A stretch of 64,000 nucleotides of DNA from an uncultured Candidatus Saccharibacteria bacterium (GCA_964639295.1 CAZXDT010000002.1:66609-130608), one strand, 5' to 3'; shown: positions 19,346-27,886, counted from the stretch's first letter. Made by a program: numbers and translations. The notes: a model not told the origin generated them from the sequence alone.

Positions 19346-21250
19346 TTATATACCAGGCATGAGCCGGTTATTAAGATCGATCGTTCCTGTGCCACCCATT
19401 AACTCGCCTTGTTGCTGTATCTCTTGAACCTGGTTTGGGTTCGTTGTAATAAGATTGGTCTCTGTTGGGCTTGCAGCAATCTGAATGTGGACGTGGTTTT
19501 GACCCGCAAAGAATAAGCCCTGCCCTACAGGGAATTGACTAAGTCGCTTCTTTTCTTCACTCGTCAGTTTGAATGTCTGACTCAATACGTCAACAGCGGA
19601 GCTAGATTGCTTGAGAAGTATTTGCATAGATGCATTGGCTACAATTGCGCGACCCATGCGTGATCCCATAAAGTCTTCAACATCCTGAGTAATCGTGGTG
19701 ATTCCAAGATTATACTTACGCGCACGCTTAGCCAGGCTGAACAAGAAGCTTGCAGAATCTTCGTACTTCATCAGCTGCCAGGCCTCATCAACGATCAAGA
19801 TACGCTTTTTTTGGTCACTCTTGGTCTTGTTCCAGATAAAGTTCAATACGATGTACATGGCGACAGGACGCAACTCGTCTTCAAGATCACGAACATTAAA
19901 CACAACCAACGGGTTGTTGATGTCTATATTGCTCTGTTGGGAGAAAATACCAGCGAATGTTCCAGTAGTGTACTTGCGGAGGCGTTGCGCCAGCTGTGGG
20001 CCGGTACCACCCATGTGCAGTAAGGTGTCATACAGGTCGGTTATTGTTGGGGGAATACTACTGTGCGTCAGCGGATCGTTGGTAATACCCGCACGTGCAT
20101 AAGTTTCAATGAGGGCTGCATCAAGGTCGGCTTCCTCGCTTGGAGCAAGTGCTGGCATTGCTGGACCACCGTTGTTAGCCATGGCTGCTTGTGCACCACC
20201 CATCATGAGCCGCAGTAGGCCGTGTAGAGTTATGAGGTTACTACGCAGAGCGTTATCCGCCTCTTCAGTGTCAACGACGGTTGGTAGTTCAAAAGGATTT
20301 ATACGAGTTGTAGAGTTTAGGCTCAGTCTGACGTACGCACCGCCTACTGCTTCGCACATACGTTGATATTCGTTTTCTGGGTCGATGATAAACACTTCGA
20401 CACCCATCATCATGCTCCGTAGTGCTTCGAGCTTTACGGTAAACGACTTACCAGCACCAGACTTTGCAAATACCACTGAGTTTCCGTTTTCCAGGGAGAA
20501 CCGGTCAAAGATAACCAGTCCAGAGTTGTGCATGTTGATACCATACAAAATACCATCATCCTGAGTTAGGTCAGCTGATGTGAACGGGAAGCTCGTGCTC
20601 AGTGCACCGGTGTTGAGGTTGCGGCGGATCTGTAGCTGGTCCATAAGTTGTGGAATGGTGCTATTGAGCCCTTGTTCCTGTTGAGAAGTAGCTGGCTTGC
20701 TGTAGATCAGTTGTTGACCAAGCATAGATTCGACTTTGTGTGCCACAAACTCAAGTTCATCCATACTGCCGCCGTAAATAGTGAAATACAGACCAAATCG
20801 GAAGAACCGTTCCTCACCAACCTGCAACTTGTCACGCATTTCTTCGGCGTCAAGGATAGCGGCTTGCTTGCCCGGATCACGGATACGGCCCTTTTCGGCA
20901 TCTATTTGCAGGCCGGCCTCGAGCTGAGTCACTTTTTTACGTAAGTTTTCTAGGACCACTTGGCTTTCTACTGGGTAGACAAACATAGACACGTCAATAA
21001 CCTCATCAAGGTTCACCATACTACTAAGCCAACCAGTATAAATCTGGCGAGGGTATCCGTAGACATAGTATGTTCGGGCGTAACGTGTACCTAGCTGGAA
21101 GTGCGTACCAAAGAACTCCAAACTACTCGGCGCAATGAAGTCACGAAGTGCAGTAATACCCTTTTGGAACGCCGCCTGAACTTCTTGCTGCTCACGGAAC
21201 TGCTGCTGTTGCGCCAATGCTACTGGATCAAGAGGTTGTTTCCGTGCCAT
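19346..21250 (-). CDS. virB4: T4SS ATPase, VirB4/TrbE/PrgJ family
   Basis: Walker A FAKSGAGKSFT and Walker B RILIVDEAWQLM. The N-terminal domain pattern YYVYGYPRQIYTGWLSSMVNL is typical of monoderm VirB4s. Confidence 0.9.
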   Translation of the reverse strand: MARKQPLDPVALAQQQQFREQQEVQAAFQKGITALRDFIAPSSLEFFGTHFQLGTRYARTYYVYGYPRQIYTGWLSSMVNLDEVIDVSMFVYPVESQVVLENLRKKVTQLEAGLQIDAEKGRIRDPGKQAAILDAEEMRDKLQVGEERFFRFGLYFTIYGGSMDELEFVAHKVESMLGQQLIYSKPATSQQEQGLNSTIPQLMDQLQIRRNLNTGALSTSFPFTSADLTQDDGILYGINMHNSGLVIFDRFSLENGNSVVFAKSGAGKSFTVKLEALRSMMMGVEVFIIDPENEYQRMCEAVGGAYVRLSLNSTTRINPFELPTVVDTEEADNALRSNLITLHGLLRLMMGGAQAAMANNGGPAMPALAPSEEADLDAALIETYARAGITNDPLTHSSIPPTITDLYDTLLHMGGTGPQLAQRLRKYTTGTFAGIFSQQSNIDINNPLVVFNVRDLEDELRPVAMYIVLNFIWNKTKSDQKKRILIVDEAWQLMKYEDSASFLFSLAKRARKYNLGITTITQDVEDFMGSRMGRAIVANASMQILLKQSSSAVDVLSQTFKLTSEEKKRLSQFPVGQGLFFAGQNHVHIQIAASPTETNLITTNPNQVQEIQQQGELMGGTGTIDLNNRLMPGI

Positions 21251-22230
21251 TACTGTATTGCCCTATCGAGATTTGGTTGTGGTGCAACACCCTGGCCTTT
21301 AGTGACAACGGGTACGCTCAGATCATCAAAGTTCTTGAGCTGCTGACGAGTAGCGGTGTCAGGGTTGTATGCATCATAGTACAACTCAATAAGTTCTTGA
21401 GTATCAAGCGGAAGTCCTTGGACGCCACACTGTTGTAGTCCACCGAGTGCAGCTTGTACACGGTTACGAAGTTCGTCCTTGGCTTTTTGTAAGTCACCTT
21501 CGTTAATAACCACGTGTTGTTCCTTCTTATTGAACATGCCAGTCAAACCTGTAAAGAAGTTTTTACTCTGTGCAATTGCCTGCTGTGTAGCAGGTGTTGG
21601 GTTATACGGAATAACGACATAGAATTTCTTGTCCATAATGTTAGTTTGCTGTGCAATATTGTCCATGTAACCTATGTAATCTTCCATAAGTAGTGCGAGG
21701 AGCATGTTATCGTGCTCGCTACGGATCTTGTCCAAGCGATCAATATACGGACGGATATCTACCTTTTGTGAGCGGATAAATATCTGGATATCAAAGTAGA
21801 GCGAGTTTAAGAACCCTTGGTAGCTGAACTCTACGGCCTCACGCTCCTCTGGGCTCATCAGGTCAAAGTTAATAGATTTGACCATAATTACCGAGCGGAA
21901 GCTCCCGTCGTTCATTATCACGATACCATCGCGAATCTCAGCGATCTGCAGGGTGTTCTGTGTACTGTTCGGGTTACTCTTAACAACTGGCGCAGCTACG
22001 ACTTGTGGTTGCTGGGGTGCGTATTGGGGCATACCAGCTGGTTGTGGCGCATACTGCTGTGGCATTTGTTGAGCCGGTTGCTGCTGGTATTGGGGTTGAG
22101 GCATAGCCTGGGGCTGCTGATATTGCGCCGGTGCAGCTTGTTGGGGATATGGGCTATAGCCAGCCGGAACCGGACCCGGCATAGGGGGTTGCCCAACAGG
22201 ATATTGTGGATTTTGGTTTGTCGGATCCAT
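21250..22230 (-). CDS. P/Q-rich T4SS accessory protein; its C-terminal ~230 aa resemble a VirB4 N-terminal domain without a P-loop
   Basis: N-terminal ~85 aa is almost pure P/Q/A/Y low complexity. It is followed by IAEIRDGIVIMNDGSFRSVIMVKSINFDLMSPEEREAV...FYVVIPYNP. The stop overlaps the virB4 ATG (TAATG). Confidence 0.45.
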   Translation of the reverse strand: MDPTNQNPQYPVGQPPMPGPVPAGYSPYPQQAAPAQYQQPQAMPQPQYQQQPAQQMPQQYAPQPAGMPQYAPQQPQVVAAPVVKSNPNSTQNTLQIAEIRDGIVIMNDGSFRSVIMVKSINFDLMSPEEREAVEFSYQGFLNSLYFDIQIFIRSQKVDIRPYIDRLDKIRSEHDNMLLALLMEDYIGYMDNIAQQTNIMDKKFYVVIPYNPTPATQQAIAQSKNFFTGLTGMFNKKEQHVVINEGDLQKAKDELRNRVQAALGGLQQCGVQGLPLDTQELIELYYDAYNPDTATRQQLKNFDDLSVPVVTKGQGVAPQPNLDRAIQ

Positions 22231-22276
22231 TAACTCGCTTTACCCCACCCTCATAGGAGGCTTTCTGTACCAAGTA

Positions 22277-22305
22277 ATTATAGCGTAAGCACATCCCTGC
22301 GGGAA
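22277..22305 (-). promoter_or_regulatory. Possible internal sigma70-type promoter downstream of the four-helix-bundle cassette
   Basis: Minus strand reads TTCCCG-17 nt-TATAAT, about 45 nt upstream of the PQ-rich gene's start. Confidence 0.3.
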
Positions 22306-22312
22306 GAGATTA

Positions 22313-22347
22313 CATAAGGTTATAGGTATTAGGTTTTAGGTTGTAGA
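22313..22347. repeat. Heptamer tandem array (5 units, consensus TTNTAGG), left arm
   Basis: cataagg ttatagg tattagg ttttagg ttgtaga, read directly. Overlaps the last codons and stop of the four-helix-bundle gene. Confidence 0.85.
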
Positions 22348-22685
22348 TTTCGGACGAGTACGTTTAGCATCCTTTGGACCTCGTCTAACAGTGCTAATGT
22401 TGCAGAAAGCTCAAGTGTGTATATCTCTTGGCATAGCAGGAGCTGTGTTTCTAACTCTGCAGCAGACCCTTTGGCAATACCCAGGAATTGACAATATTCT
22501 TTTAAGTTATTTCTTTGTTGACCTTCGGCTATGTTGCTTGGGATAGACACCGCACATCTTTGCATCTGAGAAGCTAAACCATATAACTCGTCACGGGGTA
22601 ACTTTTTAGTAACCACGTATACTTGTTTTGCAAGGTCGAACGACTTTCTCCAAACAGTTAGATCTTTATATGATTGTATGGCCAC
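22329..22685 (-). CDS. Four-helix-bundle protein (23S rRNA intervening-sequence protein / Avd family)
   Basis: Family hallmark YKDLTVWRKSFDLAKQVY...LPRDELYGLASQMQRCAVSIPSNIAEGQQR...FLGIAKGSAAELETQLLL. GTG start. Confidence 0.85.
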   Translation of the reverse strand: MAIQSYKDLTVWRKSFDLAKQVYVVTKKLPRDELYGLASQMQRCAVSIPSNIAEGQQRNNLKEYCQFLGIAKGSAAELETQLLLCQEIYTLELSATLALLDEVQRMLNVLVRNLQPKT

Positions 22686-22720
22686 CCTATAACCTCTAAC
22701 CTACCACCTAAAACCTATCA
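22686..22720. repeat. Heptamer tandem array (5 units, CCTNNNA, the reverse complement of TNNTAGG), right arm
   Basis: cctataa cctctaa cctacca cctaaaa cctatca. It fills the gap between the PrgI-like stop and the four-helix-bundle start, and is inverted relative to the 22313-22347 array. Confidence 0.85.
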
Positions 22721-23815
22721 TCTCAGAGAGATCGTCACTTCACCGTCATCAGAGGTTTTAATCTGATTAGCTTGGCGGGCTAGAACATCTACATTGAGAT
22801 CATTATTCTGGGCTAGTTGTTGGGCTGCTGGGCTTGGTACGGCTTGCTCTTGGGCTTGCTTCTCTGCCACGCGTCGTTTCTTCTCGGCCTGTTCTTCTTG
22901 TTGTTCATCTAGGGTCTTGATGGTTCGAAGGTGCTTATTAGACCCCTTAGACTTCTTGTGCTCAGTATGTAGTTTGTCTAGCAACGCTTGCTGGTCGTCA
23001 GTACTTGGCCCAGCAACTACAGGTGCTACCGGAGTGGCTACACCTGGGGCAACCGTTTGGTTATGATCAAATGTTGCGTACCCTGGCTGTGTTGCGGCTT
23101 GCTGGCCTGCGGTCGCGTTCAGGAACCAGTAGTCAGCCGGTTGCCCAGTCTTGGGGGCTGCTGGAGCTGGGTTTTGCATTTGTGCCACAACTTGCTGCCG
23201 GTGAGCTTGAGTTGACTGCGCTATCATCTGGTCAAGGTGGTGAGCAGTTGGATTACTTTGTTCATCCAGGATGTCATCTTGAGCAGTTACTTCGTATGTT
23301 GGCACGTCTTGCGTAAATGATGACGTGTCCAACAGTCGGTCCGATCCAGCCATTGCATAGTTAGGCTGAGCAAACAGGTTCACGTTGACGTTTTTGACGG
23401 CCCAGCCACGGCTATCTATAGTGTTGGCTAGTGCTGATAGGCGACTCTTGACCTCTGTCTGGGATAGCCCGTCAGTGAGTCGTCGTTCCACTTTCTTTGG
23501 CACGGTAATAGTCACCATCTCTTTAATACCACTTTGGTCCCAAATACGACGACGTGGTAGTAAAAAGAACTTAATTTTTGCCAGTAACCACACTTCTGAT
23601 GGCTGATCGTGGACAAATGGTCCAGATAGCACTGACAAAAGTATCATATGGGGCAAAAATATAATGCCGAGCCACCAGAAACCAGAGGTAGCAAACATAA
23701 ACCAAAAGAACCCAGAAATAATCACAATAGCGGAGTAAATAGTCTGCCTAGGTGTCATCCACCCAATCAGCTTATCCTCTGCCTCAATATCCTGAATTAC
23801 CTTATACGTAGCCAT
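22718..23815 (-). CDS. PrgI/VirB3-like T4SS membrane protein with a long Q/A-rich C-terminal extension
   Basis: The N-terminus MATYKVIQDIEAEDKLIGWMTPRQTIYSAIVI followed by two TM helices matches the PrgI-family pattern. The start is set at the ATG (23815) rather than the TTG at 23848. Confidence 0.6.
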   Translation of the reverse strand: MATYKVIQDIEAEDKLIGWMTPRQTIYSAIVIISGFFWFMFATSGFWWLGIIFLPHMILLSVLSGPFVHDQPSEVWLLAKIKFFLLPRRRIWDQSGIKEMVTITVPKKVERRLTDGLSQTEVKSRLSALANTIDSRGWAVKNVNVNLFAQPNYAMAGSDRLLDTSSFTQDVPTYEVTAQDDILDEQSNPTAHHLDQMIAQSTQAHRQQVVAQMQNPAPAAPKTGQPADYWFLNATAGQQAATQPGYATFDHNQTVAPGVATPVAPVVAGPSTDDQQALLDKLHTEHKKSKGSNKHLRTIKTLDEQQEEQAEKKRRVAEKQAQEQAVPSPAAQQLAQNNDLNVDVLARQANQIKTSDDGEVTISLR

Positions 23816-23880
23816 ACTGCTTAAGTATAGCAAGAACCAGCGTGTCAACGATACATTGTCGCATAAATATCAAACGTGAT

Positions 23881-26800
23881 TTATATGGAGTGGGCTTTGT
23901 TGTTCGAGGCAGGAATTGGTAACTGGATTGAGTTCGGATTACTTGTCCACTCTTCGAGTGTAATCATCCTAAGGCCAAGTACCGAGTAGTTTACGCGGTA
24001 GAAGCCCTCGTCCTTGTGCTTTACAACAGCGTGTGGGTATTTGACCAACAAGTCTTGGGCCATAACTCCAACGAAGGCTTGAGTAGGGTCCCAGAGGTAG
24101 TTGAAACTGTATATTTTGATACCACTGACCGTAGTGTATATATGGTTAACATTTGTCTTAAGCCGTTGATCAGAGGGGGGTGCACCACCTGCGCCGCCAG
24201 CGCCGCCAGCCGGAGGTGCGCCGCCAGCCGGAGGTGCGGCTGCACCACCTGCAGCCGCAGTAGCTGACCAGGTCTTGCGTCGATCTAAGTACGCACTATT
24301 GCCTGTAGCTTCCATCTCTGCCTCGTGTTCACGTATATATTTTCCACCGACAGCATCCCCGTTGAGTTGTGTTGCAAATTCTTCACGAACATCAGGGGTC
24401 ATGCCGTTCATCATATCGTGTATGCCGGCGGCATTAGCGATGGCCGTCGCAAATTCAACTGAACCAACACCATGCTGAATTTCAGCTGCCTCGGCTCTGC
24501 CTAACATATGCCGGGCGAGTTCTCCTGCCTGGCCTTTGCGCATCCGATGGCTGTTTGCTGGGTTAAATCCGTTGCTAGCAGCTGCTAATAGCCCCGCATC
24601 GCTTAGGGTACCGTTTGCCGCACCCATCAGTTCACCGAATCCCGCACTAGATGCTAAGCTTCCACTCTGCTTTACTAGAGAGGCGGCTTGTGAATCAGTC
24701 ATAATGCCGCTTGAGACAGCATTTCTCATCCATGAGGCGCGTTCAGCGGTTGAGTCTGTCGAAGACGCTGAGGCAAGTGATGCCGTAGCTGCTGTGTGTT
24801 GCATCTGCTTAGAACCCATAACAGTACCGTATGCTTGCTCAGTGTAGGCTAGCTGTCTTTCGGCCTCTTCGTGTGAGACTCTCATGCTGGAACTGTATCG
24901 ATTTATAAAGTCTTTCTTACTTGTAGCGTATTGAGCAATCTTGTTGGCATCATCGTTTGCGGCAGCAGACGGATTGTTCTTGATCGACTCAGCTGCAGCT
25001 GCTGCAAAGTGACCCATCTCAGCATTTTCTAACTCGCTGCGATATCGACCAGTTCTAGGAAGTGCACCAGATCCAAGGGCGGCTGTTCTGGCTAAGCGAT
25101 GTTGTCGTCCTGCAACAAGACTAGACCCGATCCTTGTCCTATCAAAACCTGCTTTGAGTGCTGCCCGACCTTCGGCTCGTTGTCCTTGGCGCCACTTCTT
25201 TTGACCGTCAAAGAAGCCACGGCCACGGTCGTTAATTGCCCCAGTAAGTGCGTTAAAGGCACCCATGCCTGCCCTAAACGTTGCTGGGATAAAGAAGTAC
25301 GGTGCAATGTATGCAATGAGCTTAATAAATACTCCTGTTGGTCCATCGTAAATAGTGTCCGCTGTGGCTGCAAAGAATCGTCCTGATGCGATGAGCACCA
25401 TAATAAGCGGGAACATCATCAGCATGGCTATAAAGGTAGTTTTCCAGACGGTCCACAGTTTGTCGTTGCCCGGGAAGATCCAGACGAGAATTGCGATTGG
25501 TGACAATACAACCAATAAGATAATGAGAACTTGTCGGATAACCAGCGTTACATACCCAAGAAGTAGCGCACCTATAGTTACGAGTGCAAAGCTACCAAGA
25601 ATACCCCAGGTGACTGCACCAATTCCCGCTCCAACTAATAGTCCACCAGTTGATAATCCCAAGAACAGGCCACCTTCGCCTCCACCAAACAGTTGTGTTA
25701 GCGAACTAACATCACCACCAGGTGCTGCTAGGGTTATGAGGTGGAATATGCCAGTACCTATGGCATTGGATAGTTCAATCAGCCAAACACACAAGTAATA
25801 GGATATAGACATGAACAGTACGGCTGAGAGCATGCGAGGTAGGGCTTTCTTAACGGTATATGCATCAAATAGGTTGCTACCGAGAGCCGTTCCAATAACC
25901 ATCACCAGCATCATTGGAACAAGGATGAGGTAAGCAAAATTACGCATAATTCCCCATGCTTTTTTGAGGCCACCGCTAGCAGTCATCTTATCTGTCTGGA
26001 CCGTTAGTAAATTACGGACTTGAGAGTCGAGGAACCCAACTATGCCGTCCATAGCTTCTAGAACTGCACAGCCAATCCAACCAAAGCTTCCTTGATCTGC
26101 TTCACAGGTATTTTCTCGTGGTTCTGATCCACCGGTAGTTGCACCACCTATACCGGTTTGTTGTAGCTGTGCTGCTGCATCAGAAGCAAGATCTGTTTTA
26201 AGGTCGGCTGCGAGGGCATTCATGTTATCAGCTAAGTCTCGACACTTAATAATATCGTTATGATCACCTTTGTTGTCGAGCATCCCATAGCCACTAATGT
26301 GCGTATCGTCACCTTTTTTGGAGTCATCAGTTATCACGTAACTATCGACTACTTTACCATCGGTGTACCACTGCAAGTGATAAGTTTTATCTTGGATAGG
26401 CTGATCTGTGCCAGTCCAGTCGAATCGCTCGAAGCCACTTGCGCCCTCGTCATTGCCACACTTCTCTTTAAAGTCACCAAAGTATATCAGGTACCTCATA
26501 CCATTAGACAACGCACCCTCTATGTCCTTGCCTCCTAGATATTTGGATTGAAACAGATCATTCCAGGCATTGCCGTAGAAGTCATCTTTCTTTTCGGCAT
26601 TTTCATAGGCGTGCCTATCGTCTATCTCGTAGAGCCCACTACCTTGCCTACAGCTACCGGTTTCACGGATGTATTTAAATGTGTCACAAGCTGTATCTGT
26701 GGTACTCCAGCCAAGAAGCTCGTGTGCTTTTTTCCAAATAGGATCACAGTCTACCTGGGCGTCATTGCTACTGTCACCTTCAACGAGTCTGCCAACGTAT

Positions 26801-27093
26801 TCACCGGCCGTTATGTCTCCCTTCAGAATGTCGTTGGTATTATTTTTTGTTTGTACACCATTGCTGTCGATACATTCCTCAACTGCTCTGGCAAGCACCC
26901 ATTTGTCTGCTTTGGAGGTGACACTGTCTTTACCGTAGGGGCTCGTATCCACGGGTGTGGTTCCACCACCGGGGTCAATAAGGCTTGCGTATACTTTAGT
27001 CGCGGGTAATACAACAGATGCCAGCTGGATAAATACTAGAAACCCAACGAAATATAGTGCCCACGACTGTCTCTTTTTTTGTCTACGTATCAT
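23881..27093 (-). CDS. VirB6/TrbL-like polytopic T4SS protein fused to a C-terminal Peptidase-S74 (endosialidase/tail-fibre intramolecular chaperone) domain
   Basis: Signal/TM, then a ~380 aa Cys-containing ectodomain, then ~7 TM helices (aa ~390-620). An Ala-rich ~350 aa region is followed by the G/A/P linker AAAGGAAAPPAGGAPPAGGAGGAGGAPP. The S74 signature follows: SDQRLKTNVNHIYTTVSGIKIYSFNYLWDPTQAFVGVMAQDLLVKYPHAVV...FYRVNYSVLG. Confidence 0.7.
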   Translation of the reverse strand: MIRRQKKRQSWALYFVGFLVFIQLASVVLPATKVYASLIDPGGGTTPVDTSPYGKDSVTSKADKWVLARAVEECIDSNGVQTKNNTNDILKGDITAGEYVGRLVEGDSSNDAQVDCDPIWKKAHELLGWSTTDTACDTFKYIRETGSCRQGSGLYEIDDRHAYENAEKKDDFYGNAWNDLFQSKYLGGKDIEGALSNGMRYLIYFGDFKEKCGNDEGASGFERFDWTGTDQPIQDKTYHLQWYTDGKVVDSYVITDDSKKGDDTHISGYGMLDNKGDHNDIIKCRDLADNMNALAADLKTDLASDAAAQLQQTGIGGATTGGSEPRENTCEADQGSFGWIGCAVLEAMDGIVGFLDSQVRNLLTVQTDKMTASGGLKKAWGIMRNFAYLILVPMMLVMVIGTALGSNLFDAYTVKKALPRMLSAVLFMSISYYLCVWLIELSNAIGTGIFHLITLAAPGGDVSSLTQLFGGGEGGLFLGLSTGGLLVGAGIGAVTWGILGSFALVTIGALLLGYVTLVIRQVLIILLVVLSPIAILVWIFPGNDKLWTVWKTTFIAMLMMFPLIMVLIASGRFFAATADTIYDGPTGVFIKLIAYIAPYFFIPATFRAGMGAFNALTGAINDRGRGFFDGQKKWRQGQRAEGRAALKAGFDRTRIGSSLVAGRQHRLARTAALGSGALPRTGRYRSELENAEMGHFAAAAAESIKNNPSAAANDDANKIAQYATSKKDFINRYSSSMRVSHEEAERQLAYTEQAYGTVMGSKQMQHTAATASLASASSTDSTAERASWMRNAVSSGIMTDSQAASLVKQSGSLASSAGFGELMGAANGTLSDAGLLAAASNGFNPANSHRMRKGQAGELARHMLGRAEAAEIQHGVGSVEFATAIANAAGIHDMMNGMTPDVREEFATQLNGDAVGGKYIREHEAEMEATGNSAYLDRRKTWSATAAAGGAAAPPAGGAPPAGGAGGAGGAPPSDQRLKTNVNHIYTTVSGIKIYSFNYLWDPTQAFVGVMAQDLLVKYPHAVVKHKDEGFYRVNYSVLGLRMITLEEWTSNPNSIQLPIPASNNKAHSI
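24202..24237. repeat. Perfect 18-bp tandem duplication (gccgccagccggaggtgc x2) inside the G/A/P linker
   Basis: Read directly. Encodes APPAGG x2 on the minus strand. Also flanked by a 12-bp direct repeat tgcaccacctgc (24181-24192 and 24241-24252). Confidence 0.85.
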
Positions 27094-27223
27094 AAGATGT
27101 TGTCAATTATATAGGCATATCATAGCACTGGCCATACTTTTACCATAATAATTATAGATGAGCGTTTACCGCGTACCACCGAGGCTTGCCAGAACGAGCA
27201 AATCACCATATAGTAAGCATCAA

Positions 27224-27886
27224 ATGAAATTACTAAAATACACATGTCTTGTCATGATAAGCCTGTTCGGAATCGGATTTGCTTCAGTAGTTATTCCGCA
27301 GCCCGTGCAGGCAGCAGGAGGTTGCATGACCAGCGCAAGCACTGATTCACAAGCTACCGCTCAACAGGCCTGTAAAGAAGGATATATAACTGAATGCAAA
27401 AAAACGTATAAGAAGGCGTTTTGTGATGATCTAACAGTTGCTCAGATAAATAAATGTGCAACCGGCACCGGTAATGGGCTCAAGGCTAACTGTATGAAAC
27501 CACTTGAAACGGCATGGAAGCCATCAACAACAGCATCTTCGGGCAGTAGTTCAGGAGCCAGCTCTGGCACCGGATGCTCTTCCCTTGACCCGACGTGTAC
27601 CCATACAAGTGGTGATTGTGACGAGGGCAGTATCGAGAATATTAATAAAGATAACTGCACAGTGATTAGTTACATAGTCATTATTACTAATGCGTTATCG
27701 GCACTTGTGGGGGTTGTGATAGTGACGATGATTATCATCGGTGGTATTCAGTACTCTACTGCCGGTCCGGACCCAAGTAAGGTTCAGGCTGCCAGGACAA
27801 AGATTACCAATGCCCTGCTCGCGCTTGTGTTGTTTGTGTTTGGGTTCTCTATATTACAGTGGCTGATACCAGGAGGAATATTCTAG
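27224..27886 (+). CDS. T4SS pilin-like protein 1 (VirB2/TrbC-type hairpin; Cys/Ser-rich ectodomain)
   Basis: The signal peptide starts at MKLLKYTCLVMISLFGIGFA (the track start at 27158 is probably too early). There are 10 Cys and an SSGSSSGASSG tract. C-terminal TM-loop-TM: VGVVIVTMIIIGGIQYSTAGPDPSKVQAARTKITNALLALVLFVFG. Confidence 0.65.
   Translation: MKLLKYTCLVMISLFGIGFASVVIPQPVQAAGGCMTSASTDSQATAQQACKEGYITECKKTYKKAFCDDLTVAQINKCATGTGNGLKANCMKPLETAWKPSTTASSGSSSGASSGTGCSSLDPTCTHTSGDCDEGSIENINKDNCTVISYIVIITNALSALVGVVIVTMIIIGGIQYSTAGPDPSKVQAARTKITNALLALVLFVFGFSILQWLIPGGIF

Noticed and set aside
22313-22720. The heptamer arrays as a CRISPR array or telomere-like repeat.
   Set aside because: The units are 7 bp with no spacers, there are only five per side, and no cas genes are present. 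There is no CRISPR-like repeat-spacer structure anywhere in the window.
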